Notes: generated by a model not told the origin, from the sequence alone. Positions 12,109 to 31,132 are shown, counted from the first letter of the stretch. The stretch: DNA of 64,000 bases from Octopus vulgaris (GCA_951406725.2 OX597826.1:23746001-23810000); one strand, 5' to 3'. Numbers and translations are program-made.

Positions 12109-13991
12109 TGTATATAGATATTTGCTTCCTCACAGTTTCCACCTACCAAATTCACTTACAAAGTTAGGTTTGCAACCAGATGTTTTGGGGTTTCAGTCAC
12201 AGTACGGGGCACCTTAGGCAATTGCCCCAGGCTGACCAGTGCCTTGTGAATGAATTTGGTAGCTAGAAGTCCATCATATGTGTCTGTGTGTGTGTGACAC
12301 CTTTTCTTGACACTTGCACTCTGATTATCAACAAAAATGGTGTCACATGTCTATGAAATGAAGTGTCTTGCTCAAGGACACACTGCACCGCTGGGTATTA
12401 TTAGGCTCACAGCCTTATGATTGTGCGCCTTATAAGCCACTTGCCTGTGTTGATGGGCCTGTATTTGTCATTTGGAGAATTGACGAGCATCTATTATAGG
12501 ATTCATAGTTAGCACCCTGCCAGTTATGACACAAGTGTTCCAGTTGATTTGCTCAAAGGAAGATCCTGCTTGTGAAATTAACAAGCTAGTGGCTGAGTAC
12601 TCCAAACACACATACCCCGAATGTAGTTCTCAGGAAGATTCAATGACACAGAGTGTGACAAGTCTGGCTCTGTGAAATTCAAGTTCTACTTATTTTTGCT
12701 GGCTGAGTGGACTGGAGCAATGTGAAATAAAGTGTCTTGCTCAAGGAGGCAACACACCGCTGTGATTCAAACATAAGACCTTATGATCATGAGCTGAATA
12801 CCCCTCACCACTAAACCAATTGCCTGTGTGTATGGACTTGTATTTGTCATTCGGAGAACTGCCAAGCAACTGTTATGGAATTGAGTCCCACATGATATCA
12901 ATTGATATTATTGTGGGAATGTCCCAGTATTTCTCAGTTTAAGAACTACTGTCATGTGATCCAAAGACTTGATTCACGAAACCATCAGAGTCAGAATTAC
13001 CTGAGTAAACTCAAGCATGGCATGGCAGTCTCATTGTCTGTTTCATATGAAGGTAACACATATGCGGTGCTGATGCAGGTTTTTTTTTTTGTTTTATATG
13101 TCTATATATCATATTAGTTAATGTCTTGTTAGGCAAGTTTGAACACTGTGAAGATCAACTCGATCTTGTTTACTTGCTAGCTTCAATTACTTCCAATTGG
13201 ATTATGAAACTGTGTGTGGAAGTTGTCGGAGGAGTATCTGTGCCTTTCTCTGTACAAACATACATACACACACACAGACATGTGTATGTGTGTGTATATA
13301 AATATATATATAAATGTGTGTATATATATATACATATATATGTAAATATGATGTACACCAAGTTATATTCATATATCATGTTTTTGTATATATATATATA
13401 TATGTGCATATGTATTTTTTCTCTCTCTCTACATTCTATGTTTCGCATGCATATTCATTTACATTCTGTTATACACTCACACATGTGTATATATATATAT
13501 AAATATAAACTTCCGTATGTATGATATATGCATCTGTATAACCTACACATGCACACGCATCTCTGTGGTATCTTACTTGTCTTGTTGGTCTCAATGAACT
13601 GCAATCAATCATGTTGAAACTAAGATCCTAAGGCAGTGATGATTCCATGATTGAAATGGAATTGATTACTGGCAAAGAATGGTACTATGGGCGTGTGTGT
13701 GCGTGTGTGTACATGCTTGTACATGACTGCAAGAATGCGTATTTACGAAAATATATTTCTATATTTGCTTGTTCAAGTACAAAAAATAAACGTAGAGCTG
13801 AATGTGTATATGTATGTACGTGTGTGTATGTAAAAGTACGTATGCATAATTGCTGATAAATTGTGGGCATGGATATGTGTTTATGTGTATGCATGTATGT
13901 GTGTGCATATGCATATATACATATATATGTAATATACACACACACACACTTATATATACACTTATATATGAACGCATGCGCGCTCATATAC

Positions 13992-14023
<32 letters not shown>

Positions 14024-14622
14024 TCACATGTTTATACACAAACATATATTCATACACACACACACACTTATATACAATCATTATTATCATCATTTTAATG
14101 CCCATCATTGATGCTAGCATGGGTTGGAAGAATTGATAAAACTCGACAAATCGAAGGAGGAAACATGCTCCGTGTTAATACGCATGTCATCATCATCATT
14201 TAATGGTATCTGGCACGACTGAGATTTTGCTTGGTTTGGTGGGTCTTCTCAAGCACAACATAATGCCAAAGACCTTGGTCATTACCTCCGTGAGGCCCAA
14301 CACTTGAAAGGGACACGAACACTTTGCCTCCAGGAGGCCCACCACTCAAAAGGAACTCAGCCACCTCACCCACTCAGAATATATGACCTTCATACATGTA
14401 TATATTTTTGTTTTATTATATTTTACTTTTGCCTGTATTCCAGCATGGCCACATCTTGCAGGCTGAAACTGGTAAAGGAGTGCTCATGCAAATTTGTTTA
14501 TTTATGAGTTTACGTACAGAAAATCATACATATATGTATATACGAGTTGTTTTGTGTATGTAGAATTATGTATGTATATGATGTGCATATAAAATATGTA
14601 TGTATATATATATATATATATA

Positions 14623-18245
<3,623 letters not shown>

Positions 18246-18275
18246 GCGAGAAAGAAGCAACAAGAATGGATAGGT

Positions 18276-18366
18276 TTTTAGTACAATCGTTTCATACAAG
18301 GACAGGCTTTATTAAAAGTTGCAAAGATTGCAGCATATAAACGTGTCCCGTACTCATCAGCTAAAA
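18276..18366 (-). ncRNA. Type I hammerhead ribozyme (inverted pLTR copy)
   Basis: Reverse complement of 20941-21031. Confidence 0.85.
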
Positions 18367-18528
18367 TACATGTGAGTTCTCTAGACATACTAGTGGTTGA
18401 GGCTATACTCATGAAGTAATGTAGATAATTAAGTAACATAAACAGATTTCCAAAGTTCATTAGCTAAGATTAATAATAACAACATTAAACTAGCCAGGAA
18501 AGATAGAAATAAAAATAATAATATCAAC

Positions 18529-19431
18529 ATGAATACCAATAGCAATTATAATAATACTACCAACAATAAGAACAGCAATAGTAACTATCAAAACATGGGT
18601 GAAATTAGTAACCACAGAATGACTAATAACATTAACATTAATAGTAATAATAGCAATACCGATATTAATAGAAGTAATAATGTTAATAATCGAAATAATA
18701 GAAATAAGGCTAATGGAGAAAATAAGGAGAATGAAAATATCAGTGATATCTATAACAACAATATGCAGTCGGATAAAAAGACTAACAATAATAGTAACAT
18801 TACCAATAATATAAGAAATCATGGTAGGACTTTAGACCTTAAAGATGAAACAGAAGGATCAATAAATAATAGCAATACTTTAGATATCAGCACCAACTAT
18901 AGAAATATTAATAACAATAAGGACAATTATACTCATGATAATCAAAATAATAGGAACCTAAAACATCTACCCAAGAATAATCCAAAACCTGAAGTTGTTC
19001 CTCCTGTGTGTAAGTGTAGAATAAAATCAAAATGCCCGGCACCTGGTCTATGCGGGGAAAATAATGTAATCTATAAATGTACCATATCCACGGAGAATAA
19101 CAAATATTTTTACATTGGATGTACAATTAATTTTCTAGCCAGAGTTAGAAATCACATCTCGTCTTTTAAATTACGTCATAAAGCTGGTACCACCACACTT
19201 TCAAACAAAATCTGGGAACTCAAAAATAATAATAATAATTATAACCTTAATTGGGAAATAGTTAGGAGAGCAATTCCGTATAAAAATAGCAGGGTTGGTT
19301 GCCAACTATGCTCCATGGAGACGTATGAAATTCTAAAGCAGAGAAAACATAGAAACTTATTGAATAACCATATCGAACTAGGTCAAGTTTGTGTCCACGC
19401 TAAATTGAAGACTTTAAAATATTTTAAATGA
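18529..19431 (+). CDS. PLE C-terminal region: Asn-rich linker + Cys motif + GIY-YIG endonuclease (remnant of an RT-EN ORF)
   Basis: CKCRIKSKCPAPGLC...NVIYKCTIS...YFYIGCT..F.AR..NH..SF...LSNKIWELK...WEIV...CQLCSMET. The frame is open upstream to ~18460 (LAKINNNNIKL, comparable to LSQIISSHNNKL in PLE 1). Confidence 0.85.
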   Translation: MNTNSNYNNTTNNKNSNSNYQNMGEISNHRMTNNININSNNSNTDINRSNNVNNRNNRNKANGENKENENISDIYNNNMQSDKKTNNNSNITNNIRNHGRTLDLKDETEGSINNSNTLDISTNYRNINNNKDNYTHDNQNNRNLKHLPKNNPKPEVVPPVCKCRIKSKCPAPGLCGENNVIYKCTISTENNKYFYIGCTINFLARVRNHISSFKLRHKAGTTTLSNKIWELKNNNNNYNLNWEIVRRAIPYKNSRVGCQLCSMETYEILKQRKHRNLLNNHIELGQVCVHAKLKTLKYFK

Positions 19432-20513
19432 TTAGAATATTCGTAACTAGATAGATAGATAGATATAACTTGATTTTTACTAGTATAGCACTGCTTTAAG
19501 TAGATAACTAAGAGTTCTCACACTACAGTTATCTTTTTCCTTATATCTGCATCAGTTTTTTGAGAACAGGGAAATGAATAGTACTTATACGCTGCTTAAT
19601 TGAGGCTTCATTTAATTTCAAACTCATAATATTTAATTTCAAACTCATAATTTTAAATCTTAATTTTAAATCTTAATTTTAATTTTTAATTTTAATTCTT
19701 AACTTAATCTAATTTAAGTAGCATAACTTTAATAAAATAAAATGAGTTACTAAAGCCCCATAATTCTATTTCAAAATTAAATAAATAAGGCTACTCCCTC
19801 GGTAATAATATGATTATCTTCATTATGATAGGCAATTCCCTAACACCTTGTAAATGATCTTCTAAGATTTGACTTGTAGTCCGTCAATGTATGAATAATA
19901 ACGGCAACTCCTTAAGACAGTAAAATGAATAAATTAAATAAATAAATTTTAATGACTTTTTGATAAGATTATACTTAGATTTTCCTAATGTATTTTCTTT
20001 TGATTTTAGCCTTTGACCTCTAAACCACTGACCGTGTTATCTCTTTAGATTCTCTTTAAATTCATAGCTGCTTTCAACAGCAATAAATTAGCTGTTTTAC
20101 TGGTCAAAGAATAATATTCTCCTCTAGTTCCTAGATGCCTGTAAATTAAAACCAGACTTGCCGTCTACTAATTCTTCTGTATAACTAGAACCCTCTTTTT
20201 CTTTTTTTTCTTTTTCTTTTTTCCCTTCTTTCCCTATTTCTTTCTCTTTTCTCTTTTTTCTTTTTCTTCTTCTTATTCTCTTTTTCTTATTCTCTTTTTC
20301 TTTTTTTCTTTTTCCTTTTCTCTTCTCTTTTAGTCCCCCCCCTTTGCTCCCTCCTCCTTTATTTTCTCTCTTTTCTTCTCTTTCCTTCCCTTTTCTGTTC
20401 TTTGCCTCTCTTGAAAGCCCTTCAGCCTTTAAAAGTTAAATAGCTACAGTCTCTTGTAAATAGCAGTAATGTGATTAATGTGGCAAATACCTAATCATAT
20501 AGCAAGAATTGAT

Positions 20514-20795
20514 ACCTACCTCATTGTGTTCAACCATTGATAAATTTATCGCCTGTGAATATGAAATTCCTCTTCATTTCTCTGGAAATTTACATCTACA
20601 CCATTGGAAATTGTGCATCTATACAAAGGATTAATTCACCCTCTCTGTAATGCTAATAAGCAGGAATTGAGACCCACCTCGTTGTGATTAGCAATGGATA
20701 AATTTGTCATCTGTGAGTATGTAATCCCTCCTCATATCTCTGGAAATTCATATGCACACTATGGATTAAGTCACCTTCTCTGTGATGCTACTAAA
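20514..20795. repeat. Diverged tandem duplication (~158-bp offset) in the PLE 3' UTR
   Basis: acctacctcattgtg...ctctggaaatttacat at ~20514 matches acccacctcgttgtg...ctctggaaattcatat at ~20672. Confidence 0.75.
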
Positions 20796-20940
20796 ACTTT
20801 TTTTAAATTCTGTGATAAGACTGTACATCATCTTTAAAGAACTTTAATGAACTTTCGAAATCTGTTTATGTTACTTAATTATCTACATTACTTCATGAGT
20901 ATAGCCTCAACCACTAGTATGTCTAGAGAACTCACATGTA

Positions 20941-21031
20941 TTTTAGCTGATGAGTACGGGACACGTTTATATGCTGCAATCTTTGCAACTTTTAATAAAG
21001 CCTGTCCTTGTATGAAACGATTGTACTAAAA
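20941..21031 (+). ncRNA. Type I hammerhead ribozyme in the PLE 3' pLTR
   Basis: UUUUAG-CUGAUGA-GUACGGGACA...UGUCCUUGUAU-GAAA-CGAUUG-UA-CUAAAA. Stem I is 6 bp, stem III is short, and the triplet is GUA. Confidence 0.88.
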
Positions 21032-21532
21032 ACCTATCCATTCTTGTTGCTTCTTTCTCGCTTATAATCACCCCACATTACTGTATTGTTAAAACCGTAT
21101 AGTTTTTTTTGGTGCATCTAAGTTAGGTACCATATTCAAGTAAATTCATTTAAATTAACTTGAATCTTTATTGCTTTTTATATATATATATAAATATTAT
21201 ATTATATATATGTATTATATATATATATTATATATATATATATATAAATATTATATTATATATATATATTATATATATATATATATAATATATATATATA
21301 CTATATATATTTTTTTTTTACTTGTTTCAGTCATTTGACTGCGGCCATGCTGGAGCACCGCCTTTTAGAGTGGTGAAATAGTACAGCAGGGATCACCACC
21401 TCCTGCCGGAGCCTCGTGGAACTTTTAGGTGTTTTCGCTCAATAAACACACACAACGCCCGGTCTGGGAATCGAAACCGCGATCCTCCGACCGCAAGTCC
21501 GCTGCCCTAACCACTAGGCCATTGCGCCTCCA

Positions 21533-22432
<900 letters not shown>

Positions 22433-22434
22433 AT

Positions 22435-22677
22435 ATTGATAAAACGGTGAGATAACAAAAGAAAGAAAGAGACCTCAATATTATGTAAATAGAGAAATTT
22501 ATCTATACAATATGTTACATTACTCGGTAGTCAAGATAAAACTCTGAGTTTCAGATGCCGAAGTGGAAATCCACAACACCATCTCTTCGAAGAGATGGTG
22601 TTGTGGCTTTCCACTTCGGCATCTGAAACTCAGAGTTTTATCTTGACTACCGAGTAATGTAACATATTGTATAGATA
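22435..22677. mobile_element. Palindromic pLTR-like fragment carrying the 3' part of a hammerhead
   Basis: Near-perfect palindrome 22501-22676 centred on ctcttcgaagag. Each arm reads GAAGAGAUG...CAUCU-GAAA-CUCAGAG-UU-UUAUC outward from the centre. A third copy lies at 23218-23306. Confidence 0.7.
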
Positions 22678-22690
22678 TATATTATATATA

Positions 22691-22931
<241 letters not shown>

Positions 22932-23042
22932 TAGCTAACAGTCGTAATGGCTTTCATGGGAAACATGTATTTTCGTGGTTGAAACCTTTTGGATTAACTG
23001 GTGCTAGAGTGATCAATATAGTGACCACTCTCTTATATTTAT

Positions 23043-23170
23043 TTTGTGAAAATATTATAATATGTTATAAAATATTATAATAATCCAGGTTTCTCGTAGC
23101 ACTAGGCCACTTGGTGTGGAATAAATATACTATTAAATTAGTATCTAATTCTCTCACCCTTATTAATTAA
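23043..23170. repeat. ~128-bp interspersed repeat shared with 55552-55680
   Basis: ttttgtgaaaatattataatatgttataaaatattataataatccaggtttctcgtagcactaggccacttggtgtgg... is near-identical at both loci, each next to (TA)n. Confidence 0.9.
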
Positions 23171-23305
23171 TATATATATAATATATATATATATATAATA
23201 TATATATATATAATATATATCTATACAATATGTTACATTACTCGGTAGTCAAGATAAAACTCTGAGTTTCAGATGCCGAAGTGGAAATCCACAACACCAT
23301 CTCTT

Positions 23306-25030
<1,725 letters not shown>

Positions 25031-25432
25031 TGTTATATTTCGGAATGGTCATATTGCCAGTTTAGCCAATAAAAACACACGCACTTATATATTTGGTGTT
25101 ATTTTGCTTCAGTGATATTTATTTTTTACATTAATCTTAATCTTATTTCGGCCAAAGTTCTTTCGTCACACTCCTGTGACCGCATCAGTGGTCCTTTGTT
25201 TTCTTCTCACTTACTTGTGTCTCTCCTTACTAACCGTCAGCCATTTTGTATTTCTATTGTATGTCTTCATTTGCGCATGCTTATATCTCTATGTGCGTCT
25301 ATGTTTATTTAGTGTGTGGGGGGGGATGCCTGTAATATTTGTATCTTCTGGTTATATACATTCTTGTAATTTGTATTTTGTTTTTGTTGTTGTTGCTTTT
25401 GTTCTAATTTTATTCATGTGTTTACATCCACC

Positions 25433-25532
25433 NNNNNNNNNNNNNNNNNNNNNNNNNNNNNNNNNNNNNNNNNNNNNNNNNNNNNNNNNNNNNNNNNNNN
25501 NNNNNNNNNNNNNNNNNNNNNNNNNNNNNNNN
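25433..25532. other. Assembly gap (100 N)
   Basis: Run of N. Confidence 1.
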
Positions 25533-26769
25533 TTGCTTCTATCTAGAAATCAATTCCCTTCAAACTTTGCCTTTGTGATCTAGACATCAATATTTTGAAA
25601 CTGACCTATTTTCCATTACATCTCAGATATTCAGCATTGAGTTGCTCAAGCAGAAATATCATTATAGCAAATATTCTGCTCTATACCATAGATTTGCTTG
25701 CCAGTTGCTTGACTTTAACCACTTCAGCATGTCCCTTAGTGGCTGACAATATGTGCATCTTTGATGATGAGCAGGAGTTGTTGGGGAGCATCATAGCCAT
25801 GTGTTGAGAGGGGTTCTTTAGAGATTGAATAAATGTAACAAAAGCAGAGTTTGAAGAAAATATTAGCCATTTTCCATACTTTCTAGGAGTAAGCAAATAA
25901 GAAATAGCAGTTGCTACCCAAGGACAAAAATCGTGTTACACAGTGTTATAGAACCAGGTGTGTTGGTATCCAAAGGGTTAAATAAAGTAGTCCTATATCT
26001 CCTCAGAAGATGGGATGGTTGCAGCCACAATGCTTTTGATCACAGATCTGTTCACACACAGTGTTGACTGGCCACTAAACACTGCCACCACCACCAACAA
26101 TAATAATGATCAGAACTATTATCTCAACAAAAACCACCTCACCAAACTACAGGAATGTCCCAACAAAACTAATATTAAAGCAGTGAAGTTCAGATATGCC
26201 AGTAAGGACTAGTGCTTTTAGTTGTAAACAATTCAACCAAAAATGAGAAATGACAGATTTATGACAGATTTCTCAAGACTTATTGACCTATAATAATAAT
26301 AATAATAATTGTGGGTTTTTAAAATTGATTTGTTTTATAGTTTTTCTGGGGTTTTTTAATGTTAAAATGTTGACCCCTGCCAACAAGTTAAAAAAAGATA
26401 TTTATATTTTTTTCCTTGCAAACACTTAAAAATGAAATTTTCTTTTTTATTATTTTATTATCATGACAGAACATTCAGGTTCACTGACCTAAGAGTTTCT
26501 ACTTTATGTATATTAATATATCTAAAGGTAGCAGGGGTAATATTTTTAAAATGGATAGGTGGGAGGGGGGAGCTGGAGATGTATAGCTTCCACAATTTTC
26601 TGTTTTATTTATTTTTTTTTTGTGGAAATTGAGAGCTTTTTTAAAAAAAATTTCCAGTTTTTGGTAGACAGGTAATAAAAAGACTGACAGATGGATAGAT
26701 TGTTGGATAGATATTGGTAGACAGATATAAACAGATAGCTATACATGCATAGGTAGGTAGATATGCATG

Positions 26770-27280
26770 TGTAGCTGTGTTGTAAAAAGATTGCTTCCTG
26801 ACTGCTTGATTCTGGGTTCAGTTCCACTGTATGGTACTGTGAGCAAGTGTCTTCTACTATAGATTTGGGCCAACTGAAGCTTTGTGAGTGAATTTGGTAG
26901 ATGAAACCTGAAGGAAGTCCATCTTATAGATATATATATATGCATCAATCTACATGTGTGTGTTTGCGTATGGGCTTGTCCTCCACCACAGCTTAACTGG
27001 AGTTGGTTTGTTTATGTCCCTGTTGACTGGCCACTAAACACTGCTACCACCACCACCAACAACAATAATGATCAGAACTATTATCCCAACAAAGACCACC
27101 TCACCAAACTACAGGTATGTCCCAACAAAACTAATATTAACTGTAATTTAATGGTTGAGCAAAAAAGACTTAAAATAAATAGCAGCCTTAAAAAGTAAGT
27201 ATTGGGGTTAATTTGTTCAGCAAAACCCTTCAAGGCAGTGCCCCAGTATGACCGCAGTCCAAGGACTAAAACAAGACGAA
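26770..27280 (+). mobile_element. SINE family A with a ~120-bp insertion copied from 26062-26178
   Basis: Head gctgtgttgtaa...gggttcagttcc and tail aaggcagtgccccagtatgaccgcagtcc. The insert is at ~27021-27140. Confidence 0.8.
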
Positions 27281-27379
27281 AGACACAGCAATAGATATAG
27301 AGATAAACATGATCATGATGATATATACACACACACACACAAGAACATGCATACACACACACACATATACATACACATA

Positions 27380-29586
27380 TCTCTATTTATAAAACTGAAA
27401 TGCGAAAAGTTTGTTTGTTTGTCTGGAACGGTTTAAAGGCCAGTAGATCCCGTCGGATTGACTCCAAAATTTATAGGGACATGTAAAATAAGGTGAGGAT
27501 GCCAGTGGGCTAGGTTAGAAATCCCTATCTTAAAAGGTCTCATTGCTAGGGCCAAAAACCCACTTTGACAAGTCGACTCTCATTCTTTTATGTATCTGTC
27601 TTCCTCCGTCACTCTATTTCCTCCCCCCATCACTTTCTATATATAACGTCGATAAAGGCGGCTAACTCCCCTTCACTTTCTCTTTATAACTTCGTCAAAC
27701 GGCGTTCTATATCTCCCCCTCCTCCTCCCCGCCTTCCACAATGCTTTCACACTCTCTCTCTCTCTCTACGTCTGTCTGCATTCATAGAGAGAATTATCAT
27801 CGCCACATCCACCACACAATCATGAGAACAAATATTATGAATCAGATATTTATTGGGTTCATTTATATATGTGTGTGTGTGTTCTATATATAAATATGTA
27901 TATATAATGCATATATACAAAGTGTATATATCTGTATTTATGTATATTAAACTTTTTAATACTTTTTGATAGTTATATATATTTTTTTTTAAATTATAAA
28001 TATAAATTAATAATTTTTATTTTGAATTTAAATAATTTCAATTTTTCAATTTTATATTTTATATATTTTGTATATTATATTTTTATTTTTATGTTCTTGT
28101 TTTTTGTTTTTCACTGTTTGATTTGCCTATTAGTGGTTTTATCTCTAATTTAATTTATACATATATATATATATAATTTGTATACATTTGTATATATAAT
28201 GCGTGCACACACACACATATATATATATACATATATATGTAAACAAAGTCAAATGCGATACAATAAAATTAATTATTATCGCTGGTGTTCTAGGACACGC
28301 CATATATTATTCATATATAAGTACATTAAAAGGCGAAGTGTGTACTAGATACTCAAAAGCTGGATAAATTTAATGAGATGAAAATTAAAAACTTTTACAA
28401 ACTTAGTTCTTCTTAGACTGCAGTTTCGCCTATTTCAGCAATAAAAATAATATTTATTTACTCAGATATATATAATGTGTGCATTATGTGGTCGGTTGAG
28501 CTGAAAATATGCACACCTATGTTAAAAGTGCTGGCAAGTTTGCATGACAACTATTTTTTTCCTCAAATGAAAGGCATGACCTCTAGGACAAAATTCCTCA
28601 TCTTATAAAATGTGGCCCCAGTAGACCCAAATGAAATCGGGTTATATTAACCAAAATGTGAAAAGGGGTCTAAATGGGGCTGGAAGGATTAAAATTTAAA
28701 GGAGCGGGTGTTTAGGAATTCTCTGTTACATCAAGCTAAAAAATTTGCGCAAGCCTTTTAATCGTCAATGTGTTGCCGTCCATGATGAAGATGTTTTGAA
28801 TGCTTGCCATGGTGAGTCTACTGTCATGAGAAAGAATCACTTCAAAACTTGGTGTTTAGGAATTTTCTTTTACATCAAGTTCAAAATTTTACGCCAGCCG
28901 TTAAACTGTGAATACGTTGCTGTCCGTCGTTAAGAAATGCCAGCCATGGTGACTCTACTATCCTCAGATTCTATCCCTTCAAACTTTGGTTTCCAATATT
29001 TTATTATTTTTATTCAGCTCGCAAGTTCATCTGTCCCTTTTAAATGTTAGTGTTTTGCTGTCTGCCTTGAAGCAGACCTTTCCGTTGCCACTGCCTGATA
29101 TTTATGATTGATCTTTCTAAATATTTTATTTCTCAACTTACTCAAGATCTTTTGTTGTTTATAAATGGGAGATAGATAGATAAAGATAGAGAGTAAGAGA
29201 AAGCGAGGGAGAGTCCGAGAGAAAAGAAAAGTAAGAGAGTGGGAAAGTGAGAGAGAAAGGAGAGAGAAACAAAGAGGGAGAATCATCATCATCGTTTAAC
29301 GTCCGTTTTCCGTGCTAGCACGGGTTGGATAGTTTGACCGGGGTTTGGGAAGCCAGGAGGCTGCACCAGGCTCCAGTTTGATCTGGCAGTGTTTCTACAG
29401 GTGGATGCCCTTCCTAACGCCAACCACTCTGTGAGTGTAGTGGGTGCCAGGGGGGCTGGCAGCGGCCACGATCGGTTGGTGCTTTTTACGTGCCACCGGC
29501 ACAGAAGCCAGTCAAGGCGGCGCTGCAATTGGCCACGTTCGGATGGTGCTTTTTACGTGCTGAAAGAGCGGGTCACCTTAAGCTAG
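27380..29586 (+). mobile_element. Probable non-autonomous Helitron
   Basis: The 5' end reads A|TCTCTATTTATAAAA and the 3' end GCGGGTCACCTTAAGCTAG|T (TC...CTAG in an AT site). There is an internal ~144-bp tandem duplication (28707/28851). The subterminal hairpin is disrupted by an insertion at ~29282-29560. Confidence 0.6.
29282..29560 (-). mobile_element. SINE/LINE-tail family D ending (GAT)n
   Basis: Minus-strand tail ...caacccgtgctagcacggaaaacggacgttaaacgatgatgat. Relatives lie at ~32207-32425, 38000-38265, 40250-40570 and 48295-48950. Confidence 0.7.
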
Positions 29587-29758
29587 TATATATATATATA
29601 TATACTTACATATATACATACATATATATATATATATCAACAATCAAGGAACGGCCATAATAGGCCATTCACCCACTAGAAATAACAGCCAAAGCTTCAA
29701 CCGCAAATAAAAGTCAATTCTGTAAACCAGGAGAAAATTTAAAAACATTTACCCTGTA

Positions 29759-29865
29759 ATTTCTTATACGATATACCGTTTCATCTGCTGATTAATGGTA
29801 AACTAACCTGATTAAATTAAATCAAGCCAATCTTCCACAGGCCCTCAGATTCATCAGTAAGAAAT
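29759..29865 (-). ncRNA. Type I hammerhead ribozyme (array copy 1)
   Basis: Reverse complement of 31133-31239. Confidence 0.9.
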
Positions 29866-30250
29866 AGCCCAAGTCGGAGCAGATATTTTCACGAGGCATT
29901 TCCGACCTTGCCAAGTTTATATCTGACCTAAAATTTTCAAATCGTCGCACTCGCGCCAAATTTATCGGCAGCAAATAAATATAAGCCGTCGATTCCATTA
30001 CGGAATTAACCAGAAAATTCATAATTAATCAATATAGGGTGGCAAAAAAAATTTTGTAGAATTCTTTTGCCACCAGCGGCCTAGTAGGAAAAAATTAAAT
30101 AGTCATAGACCATTTTTAAGTTTAACATCAACAATCAAGGAACGGCCATAATAGGCCATTCACCCACTAGAAATAACAGCCAAAGCTTCAACCGCAAATA
30201 AAAGTCAATTCTGTAAACCAGGAGAAAATTTAAAAAACATTTACCCTGTA

Positions 30251-30357
30251 ATTTCTTATACGATATACCGTTTCATCTGCTGATTAATGGTAAACTAACC
30301 TGATTAAATTAAATCAAGCCAATCTTCCACAGGCCCTCAGATTCATCAGTAAGAAAT
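30251..30357 (-). ncRNA. Type I hammerhead ribozyme (array copy 2)
   Basis: Reverse complement of 31133-31239. Confidence 0.9.
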
Positions 30358-30637
30358 AGCCCAAGTCGGAGCAGATATTTTCACGAGGCATTTCCGACCT
30401 TGCCAAGTTTATATCTGACCTAAAATTTTCAAATCGTCGCACTCGTAATGGAATCGACGGCTTATATTTATTGCTGCCGATAAATCGCAGCAAATAAATA
30501 TAAGCCGTCGATTCCATTACGGAATTTAACCAGAAAATTCATAATTTCAATATAGGTCAGATATAAACTTGGCAAGCGGCTAGTCGGAAATAGTCGTAGA
30601 CATTTTAAGTTTAAATATCTGCTCACCGACTTGGGCT

Positions 30638-30745
30638 ATTTCTTACTGATGAATCTGAGGGCTCTGTGGAAGATTGGCTTGATTTAATTTAATCAGGTTA
30701 GTTTACCATTAATCAGCAGATGAAACGGTATATCGTATAAGAAAT
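30638..30745 (+). ncRNA. Type I hammerhead ribozyme (array copy 3)
   Basis: AUUUCUUA-CUGAUGA-AUCUG...CAGAU-GAAA-CGGUAUAUCG-UA-UAAGAAAU. Confidence 0.9.
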
Positions 30746-31132
30746 TACAGGGTAAATGTTTTTTAAATTTTCTCCTGGTTTACAGAATTGACTTTTATTT
30801 GCGGTTGAAGCTTTGGCTGTTATTTCTAGTGGGTGAATGGCCTATTATGGCCGTTCCTTGATTGTTGATGTTAAACTTAAAAATGGTCTATGACTATTTA
30901 ATTTTTTCCTACTAGGCCGCTGGTGGCAAAAGAATTCTACAAAATTTTTTTTTTGCCACCCTATATTGATTAATTATGAATTTTCTGGTTAATTCCGTAA
31001 TGGAATCGACGGCTTATATTTATTTGCTGCCGATAAATTTGGCGCGAGTGCGACGATTTGAAAATTTTAGGTCAGATATAAACTTGGCAAGGTCGGAAAT
31101 GCCTCGTGAAAATATCTGCTCCGACTTGGGCT

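Larger units (their letters stand above)
18246..21175 (+). mobile_element. 5'-truncated Penelope-like element 2 with 5' inverted pseudo-LTR, inserted in (TA)n
   Basis: 18246-18462 is the near-exact reverse complement of 20845-21061. It has a GIY-YIG ORF and a ~1.4-kb 3' UTR, and both pLTR copies contain a hammerhead. Confidence 0.9.

Noticed and set aside
18529-19431. Stand-alone or domesticated GIY-YIG host gene
   Set aside because: The frame continues upstream into an RT-tail motif and is bounded by pLTRs, so it is a 5'-truncated PLE.
29872-29926. HDV-like ribozyme on the strand opposite the hammerhead (P1/P2-like crossing, UUCACG)
   Set aside because: No P3 stem, P1.1 or correctly placed catalytic C could be built.
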